A stretch of 64,000 nucleotides of DNA from Desulfobacterales bacterium. Lineage in GTDB: Bacteria > Desulfobacterota > Desulfobacteria > Desulfobacterales > UBA5852. The stretch lies in NCBI GenBank assembly GCA_963674755.2, contig CAXXVS010000003.1:2112001-2176000 (forward strand), written 5' to 3'. The position numbers were made by a program, and so were the translations under genes. The notes below the pieces were generated by a model. It was not told the origin of the DNA. It saw only the letters and a program-made list of their open reading frames with translations, and did not search any database. This document shows, piece after piece, positions 11,058 to 21,111 of this stretch (position 1 is its first letter; the number at the start of each line of letters is the position of its first letter).

Positions 11058-11318
11058 TCACCGCGGCGGAAGGGGTAAATCATCGCAAGGCGTCTCTTGA
11101 GCTAAACACCGCCACCGAATACGGCCAAGGGGCTGGCGGGTGTTGCCCGCATGGCGTCGCCAACCGACTGGCGCCTAGCGCGGGCCGGCCGCCATCCGGC
11201 CGGGCAGCGGGAAAAGGCTTTCCATACGCGTCTTGGGCCTGACGGGCCAAACCGTGTTGCCTGGGACAGGATGTCGTGATATGGAAACCCGAATCTTTGG
11301 CGCGGAAAGGATAACGCC

Positions 11319-12749
11319 ATGCCTGAAAACGAAACCTCAGGCGGTATATGGGATGCCGCTTGGGGATTTTTTGCCTCGGTACGCCTGACCATCATTTTGC
11401 TCCTCTCCCTGGCGGCAACCTCGATTGTCGGTACCTTTATTCCCCAGAACAAGCAACCCCTGGAGTACCTGCAGGCCTTCGGTGAATTCGGCTACCGGTT
11501 GCTCGCGGCCCTCGACTTTTTCGACATGTACCGTTCCTGGTGGTTCCGCCTGCTGATCATGCTGCTGGTGCTGAACATCATCGTGTGCAGTATCGAACGG
11601 CTGGCCTCCCTCAGTAAGATCATCTTTGTCCGCAACCCCTCCTTCAAGCGCTCCCGTTTCCAAAAGACCCGCAACCGATCGGTCTTCGACGACGACCGCC
11701 AGCCGGAAACACTCAAGGACCTGTTCCTGCCCGTGCTGCAGCGGCGGTATCGTCATACCCGCTTGGAAGAAGGTGCGGACGGCGCCTTGTGCCTTTTCGC
11801 TGAAAAATGGCGCTGGACCCGCATCGGCGTCTATGTGGTGCATCTAAGCATCGTGGTGCTGCTGCTCGGCAGTCTGGTCGGCTCGATTTTCGGTTTTGAG
11901 GGGTTTGTCAACATTCCCGAAAACGAGACCGTCGACACGATCTTTTTACGGCAATCCGGCAAGGCCTACCGACTGCCCTTCAGCATCCGCTGTGACGACT
12001 TCGACGTCCGTTTCTATGCCAACGGTGCGCCCGAGGAATTCCGCTCCCGTCTGACGATTCTCAAAAATGGGCGCCCTGTGCTGGAAAAGGACATTCTTGT
12101 AAATCATCCCCTGCGCTATCAGGGGATCAACCTGTTTCAATCCAGTTACGGCAAAATGGCCCCGGAGGCGCGACCGGAGGATAGCGAGTTGCCGGAGGAA
12201 GTGACCTTGCGGATTACCATGAAAGCAAGCGGCCGCTCTTTTACACGCCAAGCGGCGATCGGCGATCAGTTCGACCTGCCGGATGGTTTGGGTACGCTGA
12301 AGGTCGCCGGCTTCCAAAAGGCCATCCAATTCGGCGGGCAGAACTTGGGTCCCGGGCTAGTTCTGGCGTTGCAGAAAACCGATGGGCAAACCGAACAAAT
12401 CCTCCTGCCGTTGCATTTCCCCAATTTTGACAAGATGCGCGGCGGGACCTTTTTTGTTTCCATTCTTGGTCAGAAACAGCGCGCGTTCCAACCCGGGGAG
12501 CACGCCGAACGTTATTACACGGGCCTGCAGGTGACCAAGGACCCCGGTGTCCCCATCGTGTATACCGGATTCGTGGGAATGATCATCGGATTTATCATTA
12601 CCTTTTTTATGTCCCACCAGAGCGTGTGCGTGGAGTTGACGGCGCGCCAGGGCGGAACCCACGTGGCCGTCGCGGGCATCGCCGATCGCAACAAGCTGGG
12701 CATGGAACGAAAAACTGCGCAACTGGCCGAACGGCTGCAAGCCCTGTAA
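11319..12749 (+). CDS. resB: cytochrome c biogenesis protein ResB/Ccs1 (system II)
   Basis: SIVGTFIPQ, YRSWWF, VVHLS, VNHPLRYQGINLFQSSYG, TGLQVTKDPG. Confidence 0.92.
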   Translation: MPENETSGGIWDAAWGFFASVRLTIILLLSLAATSIVGTFIPQNKQPLEYLQAFGEFGYRLLAALDFFDMYRSWWFRLLIMLLVLNIIVCSIERLASLSKIIFVRNPSFKRSRFQKTRNRSVFDDDRQPETLKDLFLPVLQRRYRHTRLEEGADGALCLFAEKWRWTRIGVYVVHLSIVVLLLGSLVGSIFGFEGFVNIPENETVDTIFLRQSGKAYRLPFSIRCDDFDVRFYANGAPEEFRSRLTILKNGRPVLEKDILVNHPLRYQGINLFQSSYGKMAPEARPEDSELPEEVTLRITMKASGRSFTRQAAIGDQFDLPDGLGTLKVAGFQKAIQFGGQNLGPGLVLALQKTDGQTEQILLPLHFPNFDKMRGGTFFVSILGQKQRAFQPGEHAERYYTGLQVTKDPGVPIVYTGFVGMIIGFIITFFMSHQSVCVELTARQGGTHVAVAGIADRNKLGMERKTAQLAERLQAL

Positions 12750-12831
12750 AGGATAATCGTGCGATTGCTGGGGCTATGTGCTGTGCCAGGCCGTCGCCAA
12801 CCCTTTTGACCTGATAGTTTAAGGATCGATC

Positions 12832-13659
12832 ATGAGCAGTTCACATATCCTCTCCATCGTCACCTTTATATACGGTCTGGCTGCCTTTCTCTATATTTTC
12901 GAATGGGTCTTCGGCAAACAGGCGGCCGGACGTGCGGCCACCGTGGTGGCCTTTATCGGCCTCATCGGGAATACCGCCGGCATCATCCTGCGCTGGATCG
13001 AATCCTATCGAATGGGGATCGGCCACGCGCCCCTGTCCAACCTTTACGAGTCCCTGGTGTTTTTTGCCTGGTGTATCATCCTGCTGCACCTGTTTCTCGA
13101 GTGGCGCTACAAAAAGCGCATCTTCGGCGTGATCGGTACGGTGGCCGCCGTGGCCGCCCTGGCCTATGCCTCCCTGAAACCCAGTGAGATCCAACCGCTT
13201 ATTCCCGCGCTGAAAAGCAATTGGCTGATTGCCCATGTCTTCACCTGTTTTATCGGGTATGCGTCCTTTGCCATCGCCTTCGGCATCAGTCTGCTCTATG
13301 TGCTGCGACACGTGGGCGGGCCGGCCGTGCTGAAGCGGCTGCCCTCCGACAGCCTGATGGATGAGTTGACCCACCAATTGGTGATGTTCGGCTTTCTCTT
13401 TCTATCGGCGGGCATCATCAGCGGTGCCGTCTGGGCCAACTCCGCTTGGGGGCGCTACTGGGGATGGGACCCCAAGGAAACTTGGTCCCTGGTTACCTGG
13501 TTCATCTATGCCACCCTCCTGCACGCCCGCTTCATGCGCGGCTGGCGCGGAAACCGGATCGCGGTGCTCTCCATCGTCGGCTTCCTGGCCGTATTGTTTA
13601 CCTATTTCGGGGTCAACTATCTCCCCGGGTTGCATAGTTACGGGGCGATGGGGCAATGA
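12832..13659 (+). CDS. ccsA: cytochrome c assembly protein CcsA/ResC (system II)
   Basis: WWD domain GAVWANSAWGRYWGWDPKETW; terminal GLHSY. Confidence 0.95.
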   Translation: MSSSHILSIVTFIYGLAAFLYIFEWVFGKQAAGRAATVVAFIGLIGNTAGIILRWIESYRMGIGHAPLSNLYESLVFFAWCIILLHLFLEWRYKKRIFGVIGTVAAVAALAYASLKPSEIQPLIPALKSNWLIAHVFTCFIGYASFAIAFGISLLYVLRHVGGPAVLKRLPSDSLMDELTHQLVMFGFLFLSAGIISGAVWANSAWGRYWGWDPKETWSLVTWFIYATLLHARFMRGWRGNRIAVLSIVGFLAVLFTYFGVNYLPGLHSYGAMGQ

Positions 13660-14026
13660 TTTTGACTTGACATGGTGGCCGCGGGCAGGGTAGAAAAAAC
13701 AAATTTTCGCTACCTGAACATGGATGGATAGCGGCCTGCAGCGATACAGGGCCGCTGGACTATACAAGGCCATCCGCCCTGATCCGACAGGAGTGGCGTG
13801 GGTGGTTTTCTTCGTGAGGGACTGGGAAGTTACCGACAACTGTTAAAAATCGGCAAAGGTTCAGCAAACTGTGAGCGTTGGGGAGGATCCCTGATTTTGG
13901 TGGCCGACGGTAGGGGAAATGCTGAAATGAATTTTGCGACGGTGCATCATTCAAGCATTTCCCTCCGGATCGTGGCTTCCGATTGAAGGGATTTTTTATT
14001 TTGTTCTGCAGCCGGACGGAGTTTCC

Positions 14027-14704
14027 ATGAGTAAATCAGACGATACCAAACACGTTGCAGGGGAGCGTCAGGAAAAGGCGCCCGACACCAGTGGGACGGG
14101 CGCTTCGATCCTTCTCTTTTTTGTGATCGGATTTGCGCTCAGCCTTGTCGTGGGGTGGGGCATCTTCCCCAAGCTGTTGTATTCCAAAAAAAAGCAGCCG
14201 GTTGATTTTAACCATGCCATGCACCTGGAGCTGGTCGACGAAGGGTGTCAAAGCTGCCATTTTTTCCGCGCGGACGGCAGCTTTTCCGGTGCGCCGACGC
14301 TGGCGCAATGCATCGGCTGTCATGACGAGATGCAGGGCGACACCGCCAACGAGATGAATTTTTACGAAAACTATATCCAGAAGGACCGTGAAGTCCCCTG
14401 GCTGATCTACGCCAAACAACCCCAATGCGTCTTTTTTTCGCATGTGGCCCATGTCAAAATGGCGAACATGGATTGTGTGACCTGCCATGGCTTCATCGGC
14501 GACTCGACCCAACTTCCGATATACGAGCAGAACCGCATTTCCCTATACAGCCGCAATATCTGGGGCAAAAACATCGGCGGATTCAAAGAGAATACCTGGG
14601 ACCGCATGAAGATGGATGATTGTTCCGAGTGTCATGTCCGCGAGGGTGTCCGCCAGGCGAGTGTCCAGACAGCCAAAGGCGGCTGTTTCGTCTGCCACAA
14701 ATAA
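14027..14704 (+). CDS. qrcA: menaquinone reductase multiheme cytochrome c subunit
   Basis: TM anchor and five CxxCH motifs (CQSCH, CIGCH, CVTCH, CSECH, CFVCH); RMKMDDC; first gene of the operon. Confidence 0.88.
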   Translation: MSKSDDTKHVAGERQEKAPDTSGTGASILLFFVIGFALSLVVGWGIFPKLLYSKKKQPVDFNHAMHLELVDEGCQSCHFFRADGSFSGAPTLAQCIGCHDEMQGDTANEMNFYENYIQKDREVPWLIYAKQPQCVFFSHVAHVKMANMDCVTCHGFIGDSTQLPIYEQNRISLYSRNIWGKNIGGFKENTWDRMKMDDCSECHVREGVRQASVQTAKGGCFVCHK

Positions 14705-14756
14705 GCGATCCAGCTATGATTCGAGAAGATTTCAGCAGGAGACGAGGGGTATGTCG

Positions 14757-16982
14757 ATGAAAATAGACCGAAGGAGTTTCTTAGCCCTTGGTGTCGGCGG
14801 TGCCGTGGGAACCGCTCTGACGCCGTTGCCCTGGAAAATTCAGGACGATCTGGCGATCTGGACCCAGATGTGGCCCTGGACACCCGACCCGCCCGGTGGT
14901 GCCAACACCTATGTCAACACCGTCAGTCCCCTTTGCGGGAGCGGATGCGGCGTTACGGTGCGCAAAGTCGGCGAGCGGGCGGTCAAAATCGAAGGCCGCA
15001 AAGATTTCCCCACCAACGAAGGCGGCTTGTGCAATCTTTGCGCGGCCGGGCTTCAGATGCTTTATGGCCCGACCCGTGTCCCCTTTCCCATGAAGCGCAT
15101 CGGGGAACGCGGTGCCAACGAATGGCAGCGGATATCCTGGGAAGAGGCCATTTCGATGCTCGCCGAGCAACTGGGGGAAATCCGTCAGGCCGGCCAGCCG
15201 GAAACCGTCTGTTGCCTCTCGGGACGCCGATACGGCTCCATGCCGGACCTTCTGAAACGGTTTATGACGGCTTACGGTTCTCCCAATTTTACGGTCATGC
15301 CATCCATGGCCGATGGCTACGACATGATGCTAAAGCGCATGCATGGTGTCGAGGGGCGTGTGGGGTTCGATCTGGGCAAGGCGGACTATATCCTTAGCTT
15401 CGGCAGCGGTCTTATCGAGGGCTGGGGGAATACCGCCTATATGATTCGGATCAACAGCCTCTGGAAAGAGAACAACGCCACCATCAAACAGATTGAACCG
15501 CGATTGTCCAACACCGCCGCCAAGGCGGATCAGTGGATTCCCATTACACCGGGTACGGAAGTCCTTCTGGCACTCGGTATCGCGTATGTCATTATCAAGG
15601 AATCCCTTTATAATTACGACTTCGTCAATAATTATGCGTCGGGTTTCGAAGCCCTGCGCAGCTTCGTGTTGAGCGGATACAGTCCCGGCAATGTGGCCAA
15701 GCAAACCGGTGTGGATCAGTCCACCATCGTGACCTTGGCGCGTGAGTTCGCCCGTTCCCGGCGGCCGCTGGCCCTTTGCGGCCGTGGACAGGGCCATGTG
15801 CCGGGGGCCTTGGGCGGCTATGTGGCAGTGCATCTTCTCAACGCCCTGGTGGGCAATATCAACCGCCCCGGCGGCGTGTGGGCTTTGCCGCGACCGGCCA
15901 TGGAGGGATGGCCGGAGCCGATGCTGGATGCCCAGGCCCAAGCCGGCATGGCGAAGCCGCGTTTGGACGGTGCCGGCGGACCCGCCTTTCCCTTTGCGGA
16001 GCAACTCGCCAACCGATTGCCCCAGGCGATCACGGCCGGGCGCCCTTATCCCCTCAAGGCCTTGTTGGTCTACGAGGCCAATCCCGTTTTCAGCATGCCC
16101 GGTGCCGCCGCCGTCCGCCAAGCCCTTCAGCAAGTGCCCTTCATCGTAAGCTTTGCGACCCATATGGATGAAACCGCGGCCATCGCCGATCTGATCCTGC
16201 CCAACCATGCCCACTTGGAGCGTTGGGACGATGTCGCGGTGACGGCCGGCTACAATCGTCCCCTGGTCGGTTTGGCCCAAGCGGTGGTAGCGCCGCAGCA
16301 GGATACCATGCACACCGGGGACGTGTTCCTGCAAGTTGCCGCCACTTTGGGCGGAAGCCTGGCGGCATCACTGGCCTGGAATGATTATGCGGCCTGCCTG
16401 CAGGAAGGGCATGCGGCCCACTGGGCCGATCTCGAGGAAAACGGTTACTGGCTCGATCGGTCCTATGCGCCTGAAACGTGGTCGTTCGCTTTCCCGACCC
16501 CGTCGGGCAAATTTGACTTCACTGCTTCCGATGGTGATCTCAAAGCCCTTTTTGCGCCCATTCCCGCTGAAGGCGATGGCGGCAGCTACAACCTGAAGCT
16601 GATCGCCTATGATTCGGTGCGCATCGCCAACGGCGCGGTGGGTTCACCACCGTTTCTCATCAAAACCGTTTCCGACAAGGTCCTCGAGGGGAATACGCTC
16701 CTAGTGGATGTGAATCCGGAAACGGCTCAGGCGGCCGGCTTCCGCGAAGGTGATGCGGCCCTGCTCAAGACACCGCTGGGTAGCGCTTCGGTGCGGGTGC
16801 ATCTGTCGCCGGATCTGATGCCGGGCCTGGTGGCGATTCCGCGGGGATTAGGCCATACCGCCTATGACGATTATCTGGCTGAAAAAGGGATCAACGCCAA
16901 CGACCTGATCGGTCCGGTGGAAGATCCGGCCTCCGGCCTCGACGCGACCTGGGGTATTCTCGCTTCACTGGTGAAAGCCTAA
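14757..16982 (+). CDS. qrcB: menaquinone reductase molybdopterin-oxidoreductase-like subunit
   Basis: Tat motif DRRSFL; molybdopterin oxidoreductase fold motifs (ADLILP); between qrcA and qrcC; alternative start at 14751. Confidence 0.88.
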   Translation: MKIDRRSFLALGVGGAVGTALTPLPWKIQDDLAIWTQMWPWTPDPPGGANTYVNTVSPLCGSGCGVTVRKVGERAVKIEGRKDFPTNEGGLCNLCAAGLQMLYGPTRVPFPMKRIGERGANEWQRISWEEAISMLAEQLGEIRQAGQPETVCCLSGRRYGSMPDLLKRFMTAYGSPNFTVMPSMADGYDMMLKRMHGVEGRVGFDLGKADYILSFGSGLIEGWGNTAYMIRINSLWKENNATIKQIEPRLSNTAAKADQWIPITPGTEVLLALGIAYVIIKESLYNYDFVNNYASGFEALRSFVLSGYSPGNVAKQTGVDQSTIVTLAREFARSRRPLALCGRGQGHVPGALGGYVAVHLLNALVGNINRPGGVWALPRPAMEGWPEPMLDAQAQAGMAKPRLDGAGGPAFPFAEQLANRLPQAITAGRPYPLKALLVYEANPVFSMPGAAAVRQALQQVPFIVSFATHMDETAAIADLILPNHAHLERWDDVAVTAGYNRPLVGLAQAVVAPQQDTMHTGDVFLQVAATLGGSLAASLAWNDYAACLQEGHAAHWADLEENGYWLDRSYAPETWSFAFPTPSGKFDFTASDGDLKALFAPIPAEGDGGSYNLKLIAYDSVRIANGAVGSPPFLIKTVSDKVLEGNTLLVDVNPETAQAAGFREGDAALLKTPLGSASVRVHLSPDLMPGLVAIPRGLGHTAYDDYLAEKGINANDLIGPVEDPASGLDATWGILASLVKA

Positions 16983-17002
16983 TTCAATAGTACGAGGTTC
17001 TG

Positions 17003-17821
17003 ATGACACAAACAGGCGATTTCGGTAAACCCAAACGTTACGGAATGGTTATCGACCTGGACAAATGTACCGGGTGCGGGACGTGCATGGTGGCCTGCAT
17101 GGCCGAGAACAACGTCCCGTTCAAAAAGGACGAATCCGACAAATTGAAAAGCATCACATGGATGCGGGTTTATCGGTTGACCAACGGGAAGCCCTATCCG
17201 GACAACGAAATCTGTTATCTTCCCCGTCCTTGTCAGCATTGCGCCGGCAAACACGAGGGGCATTCGCCCTGCGTGTCGGTCTGCCCGGCCACGGCCACGG
17301 ATTACGACAAAGATACCGGCATCGTGAGTCAGATTTACACCCGTTGTTTCGGCTGCCGCTACTGCATGGCCGCCTGCCCCTACCACGCCCGCTATTTTAA
17401 CTGGTGGGATCCGGTGTGGCCCAAAGGAATGGAAAAGTACCTGAATCCCAACGTGTCCGCCCGGATGCGCGGCATAGTGGAAAAATGCGGTTTTTGTTTC
17501 CAGCGCTATCAGAAAGCGATGGAACAGGCCAATATGGAAGGCCGGCGGGAATTGGAAGAACACGAATACCAAACGGCTTGCACCCAGGCCTGCCCGGCCG
17601 GGGCGATCACGTTCGGCGATTTGTACAATCCCCATCACAAGGTGCATCAAATGGCCCAACCGGATTTTACCAAGGGCGGCCGGCCACGCAATCCCAAGGC
17701 CTTCCGGCTTTTGGAAGAGCTTCAGACCAATCCTAAAGTGTACTATATGTCCAGTAAAGAGTGGGTCCGGAAAGCGGGCTACAAGCCGGACCTGCTGGAT
17801 CATCAAGCGGCCGAGCACTAA
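17003..17821 (+). CDS. qrcC: menaquinone reductase iron-sulfur subunit (NrfC/DmsB type)
   Basis: CTGCGTCMVAC, CQHC...CVSVCP, CFGCRYCMAACP, KCGFC...ACTQACP. Confidence 0.9.
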   Translation: MTQTGDFGKPKRYGMVIDLDKCTGCGTCMVACMAENNVPFKKDESDKLKSITWMRVYRLTNGKPYPDNEICYLPRPCQHCAGKHEGHSPCVSVCPATATDYDKDTGIVSQIYTRCFGCRYCMAACPYHARYFNWWDPVWPKGMEKYLNPNVSARMRGIVEKCGFCFQRYQKAMEQANMEGRRELEEHEYQTACTQACPAGAITFGDLYNPHHKVHQMAQPDFTKGGRPRNPKAFRLLEELQTNPKVYYMSSKEWVRKAGYKPDLLDHQAAEH

Positions 17822-17917
17822 AACGGGTGCAACCGCCGATGGGGGAATAACCTGCGACCGGCTGTCTGGCCCCGGTCCCACCCATTAATCGACAGCTTTT
17901 TTAGGAGCACGGGTTTT

Positions 17918-19240
17918 ATGGATTCTGCATTGATACCCAAAGGAGTCAAACGTTGCCCGATATGGCAATTCGCACTGGGACTCGGCATCGTTGGTGCGGT
18001 TTTGCTGTGGGGTGTTTACGCCATGTTCCTTTGCTGGTTCAAGGGCTTGAACCAGACCAACATGAACGATTACTACGGGTTCGCGTTGTGGATCTGGGCG
18101 GATCTGGCCGTCATTGCCCTGGGGGGCGGCGCGTTTTTCACCGGTCTGCTGAAATACGTCATCGGCAAGGATGATTTGAAAAACATCATCAATTATGCCG
18201 TCTTGATCGGATTTATCTGTTACAGCAGCGCGCTGCTGATTCTGGCCATCGATGTCGGCCAGCCCCTGCGCTCATGGTTTATTTTCTGGCATGCCAATGT
18301 GCATTCCATGTTGACGGAAGTGGCCTTTTGCCTGAGCTGCTATTTCTGTGTGTTGACCATCGAGTATCTCCCGCTCATTTTTGAAAACCGTCAGATCGAT
18401 AAGGTCCCTTTCGTCCACAATCTGACCCATACAATGCATGAATATATGGCCATCTTTGCGGCCACGGGGGCCTTTCTGAGCTTCTTCCACCAGGGTTCCC
18501 TGGGCGGCGTCGCCGGCGTTCTCTTCGGGCGGCCGTTCGCCTACCGCGAGCACTTGTTCATCTGGCCCTGGACCTTTTTTCTGTTTACCTGGTCGGCGGC
18601 CGCCTATGGCCCCTGTTTTACACTTCTGGTCACCCGGATAACCGAAAAAATTACCGGCAAAAAGCTCGTGAAGGATGCTACGGTTCAGCTGCTGGCGAAA
18701 ATCGCCGGCTGGATGATGTTTACCTATATCATTGCCAAGATAATCGATACGATTTACTGGGCCACGACGACGGCCCCCTCCCTGGGCTTCACGCTCAAAG
18801 ATTTCTATACCAACAACCCGGTCTACGGCTATTGGATTCTCATTGCGGAGATCGTCGTGGGCGGCGTGATTCCAGCCCTGATTCTGATCATTCCCCAGTT
18901 GCGGAGCAACCGTCTGCTCTTGACCCTGGCCACTATTCTGGCCGTTGTGGGGGTTTGCCTGGACCGCTGGGTCATGGTGCTGCAGGTCATGGCGATACCG
19001 GTGATGTCGTTTGACAAGTGGGTGATGTACTATCCCAGCTGGCAGGAAGTGGCGACGACCGTCCTGCCGGTGGCCTACGGCATTATCCTGATCATGATTT
19101 CCTATCGCTATCTGCCGATTTTTCCCCAGGAGGCGGAGTTGAACCCTTTGGCGCCGGAAACGCCGGCGGCCGTGGCGGCGGATGCCGAAGAGACGGTGGA
19201 TGAAGGCCCGGAAGCGGATTTAGCGCCCGCTGAGGCGTAA
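17918..19240 (+). CDS. qrcD: menaquinone reductase integral membrane subunit (NrfD/PsrC family)
   Basis: WIWADLAVIALGGGAFFTG, DVGQPLR, FFHQGSLGG; multiple TM segments. Confidence 0.9.
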   Translation: MDSALIPKGVKRCPIWQFALGLGIVGAVLLWGVYAMFLCWFKGLNQTNMNDYYGFALWIWADLAVIALGGGAFFTGLLKYVIGKDDLKNIINYAVLIGFICYSSALLILAIDVGQPLRSWFIFWHANVHSMLTEVAFCLSCYFCVLTIEYLPLIFENRQIDKVPFVHNLTHTMHEYMAIFAATGAFLSFFHQGSLGGVAGVLFGRPFAYREHLFIWPWTFFLFTWSAAAYGPCFTLLVTRITEKITGKKLVKDATVQLLAKIAGWMMFTYIIAKIIDTIYWATTTAPSLGFTLKDFYTNNPVYGYWILIAEIVVGGVIPALILIIPQLRSNRLLLTLATILAVVGVCLDRWVMVLQVMAIPVMSFDKWVMYYPSWQEVATTVLPVAYGIILIMISYRYLPIFPQEAELNPLAPETPAAVAADAEETVDEGPEADLAPAEA

Positions 19241-19264
19241 ACAGGCTTTTAAGGAGGTAAGGCT

Positions 19265-19423
19265 ATGTTCCCATTTAATTTTGAATGGATATGGGATATG
19301 TCGCACATGGTTTTCATGGGGGGGCTGTGGTATGCCCTGAGCATCCTGGGCGCGGGCATGACGTTTTGCATTCTCAAGGCTCTTGTGGACACCTCGGGCG
19401 GTAAAGGCGGCCACCATCATTAA
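19265..19423 (+). CDS. 52-aa single-pass membrane protein at the end of the qrc operon (absent from ORF track)
   Basis: AAGGAGGT at 19251-19258; translates MFPFNFEWIWDMSHMVFMGGLWYALSILGAGMTFCILKALVDTSGGKGGHHH; precedes the terminator. Confidence 0.8.
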   Translation: MFPFNFEWIWDMSHMVFMGGLWYALSILGAGMTFCILKALVDTSGGKGGHHH

Positions 19424-19443
19424 ATTCGATACGTGTTAATGAC

Positions 19444-19485
19444 CGCGCTTCAAGGCTGGGACCATAGCCTTTGAAGCGCGTTTTT
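19444..19485 (+). terminator. Rho-independent terminator of the qrc operon
   Basis: CGCGCTTCAAGGCT/AGCCTTTGAAGCGCG stem (one bulge) followed by TTTTT. Confidence 0.8.
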
Positions 19486-19590
19486 CTCGAATTTCTGCAG
19501 CACGTTTCTGGCGCCCAATTTTGTACGAGGCTGCCGTCCCGATCCCGGCGCGCTTTTTTCTAAAATCCCATTCCCTAAAAGTCATCCACC

Positions 19591-20844
19591 ATGGATAGAA
19601 TTATCGTTGAGGGCGGCAAACGCCTGCAGGGCACGGTCGCCATATCCGGTTCCAAAAACGCCGCGCTGCCCATCCTGACGTCGGCCCTGCTCACGGATGG
19701 TCGTTGCACGTTCAGCAATGTCCCCGATCTTCAGGATATCCGCAGTATCCTGCGTCTCCTGGAAAGCCTCGGGGCCGCCGTGCAGCAAGACGGACACAGC
19801 GTCGCTATCGATGCCACCCGATTAGCCGCCAGTGAGGCCCCTTACGATCTGGTGCGCAAAATGCGGGCCTCCATCCTTGTACTCTGCCCTCTTGTAGCGC
19901 GACTTGGGCATGCGCGGGTCTCTCTGCCAGGGGGCTGCGCCATTGGCGCCCGCCCTATCAACTTGCATCTGCGGGGCTTGGAGCGCCTGGGTGCCACTAT
20001 CGATATTCGCCACGGCTATGTGGAAGCCCGGGCCGACCGCTTGAAGGGAGCCGAAATTTTTTTCGATACCGTGACTGTCACCGGAACGGAGAATATCCTG
20101 ATGGCAGCGGTGCTGGCAGATGGGGTCACGGTGTTGCGCAATGCGGCCCGCGAACCGGAAGTCGTGGCCTTGGCTCAAGTTCTGACGCAAATGGGAGCGG
20201 ATATCCAGGGCGCCGGAACATCGGTGGTGACCATCAGCGGCGTCAAAGCGCTTAAACCGACCCAGGCGGTCATCATCCCGGATCGGATTGAAGCCGGCAC
20301 CTTCATGGCGGCAGCGGCCCTGTCCGGGGGTGAGGTAACCCTGACTCAATGCCAACCGGACCACCTCAGCGCTGTATGCGACAAATTCGAGCAGGCCGGG
20401 GTGGGCATCACGCGGAACGATACCACGATACAGATCAGCGAGACGCCGACCATCAAAAGCGTGGACATGCGCACCCAGACCTATCCTGGTTTCCCAACGG
20501 ATATGCAGGCGCAGTTCATGGTGATGATGGCCTGTGCCGACGGGCAGAGTATCATCAAAGAAACGATTTTCGAGAACCGCTTTATCCATGTCAGTGAATT
20601 ACGCCGTCTGGGCGCGGATATTACCGTTTCCGGGGATACCGCGGTGGTGCGCGGTGTGAAATCGCTTCTGGGAGCTCCGGTGATGGCCTCGGATTTGCGT
20701 GCCAGTGCATCCCTCGTTCTAGCCGGATTGGTGGCCCAGGGCACAACCGAAATCAACCGTGTCTATCACATCGATCGCGGTTACGAGCGCATTGAAGAAA
20801 AATTGCGCCAGATCGGGGCCTCGATCTGGCGTGCAAAAGCATAA
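19591..20844 (+). CDS. murA: UDP-N-acetylglucosamine 1-carboxyvinyltransferase
   Basis: [39 protein letters not shown]. Confidence 0.97.
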   Translation: MDRIIVEGGKRLQGTVAISGSKNAALPILTSALLTDGRCTFSNVPDLQDIRSILRLLESLGAAVQQDGHSVAIDATRLAASEAPYDLVRKMRASILVLCPLVARLGHARVSLPGGCAIGARPINLHLRGLERLGATIDIRHGYVEARADRLKGAEIFFDTVTVTGTENILMAAVLADGVTVLRNAAREPEVVALAQVLTQMGADIQGAGTSVVTISGVKALKPTQAVIIPDRIEAGTFMAAAALSGGEVTLTQCQPDHLSAVCDKFEQAGVGITRNDTTIQISETPTIKSVDMRTQTYPGFPTDMQAQFMVMMACADGQSIIKETIFENRFIHVSELRRLGADITVSGDTAVVRGVKSLLGAPVMASDLRASASLVLAGLVAQGTTEINRVYHIDRGYERIEEKLRQIGASIWRAKA

Positions 20845-21111
20845 CCCCTCTTTTCTCACAGCGGACCAATAGCCGTTCGCAACCCTCTGCAAGCACCCCC
20901 TCCGGGGGGCTATTGTCGGAGGCGTTACGAATTCCCGCTATGGCATCGATTGTGTGCCTTGTCCGCCAGCCGTCAATTCCTCATGATGTCACCGTTTTTT
21001 AACGCAAAACCGCCGGCCGAGCAGGTAGCTTTCGCTTGAGCGGGGGTGACCTCCGGTCCTCAGCGTGATATTGAGTCCATAGCGATGACCATACCAGACG
21101 GACGCCTGTAA

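Noticed and set aside
13660..14026. Long qrcA leader containing GGCAAA...GCAAA, considered as a c-di-GMP-I riboswitch
   Set aside because: The GNRA-capped P2 stem, GACGCAAA junction and P3 pattern could not be matched by eye.
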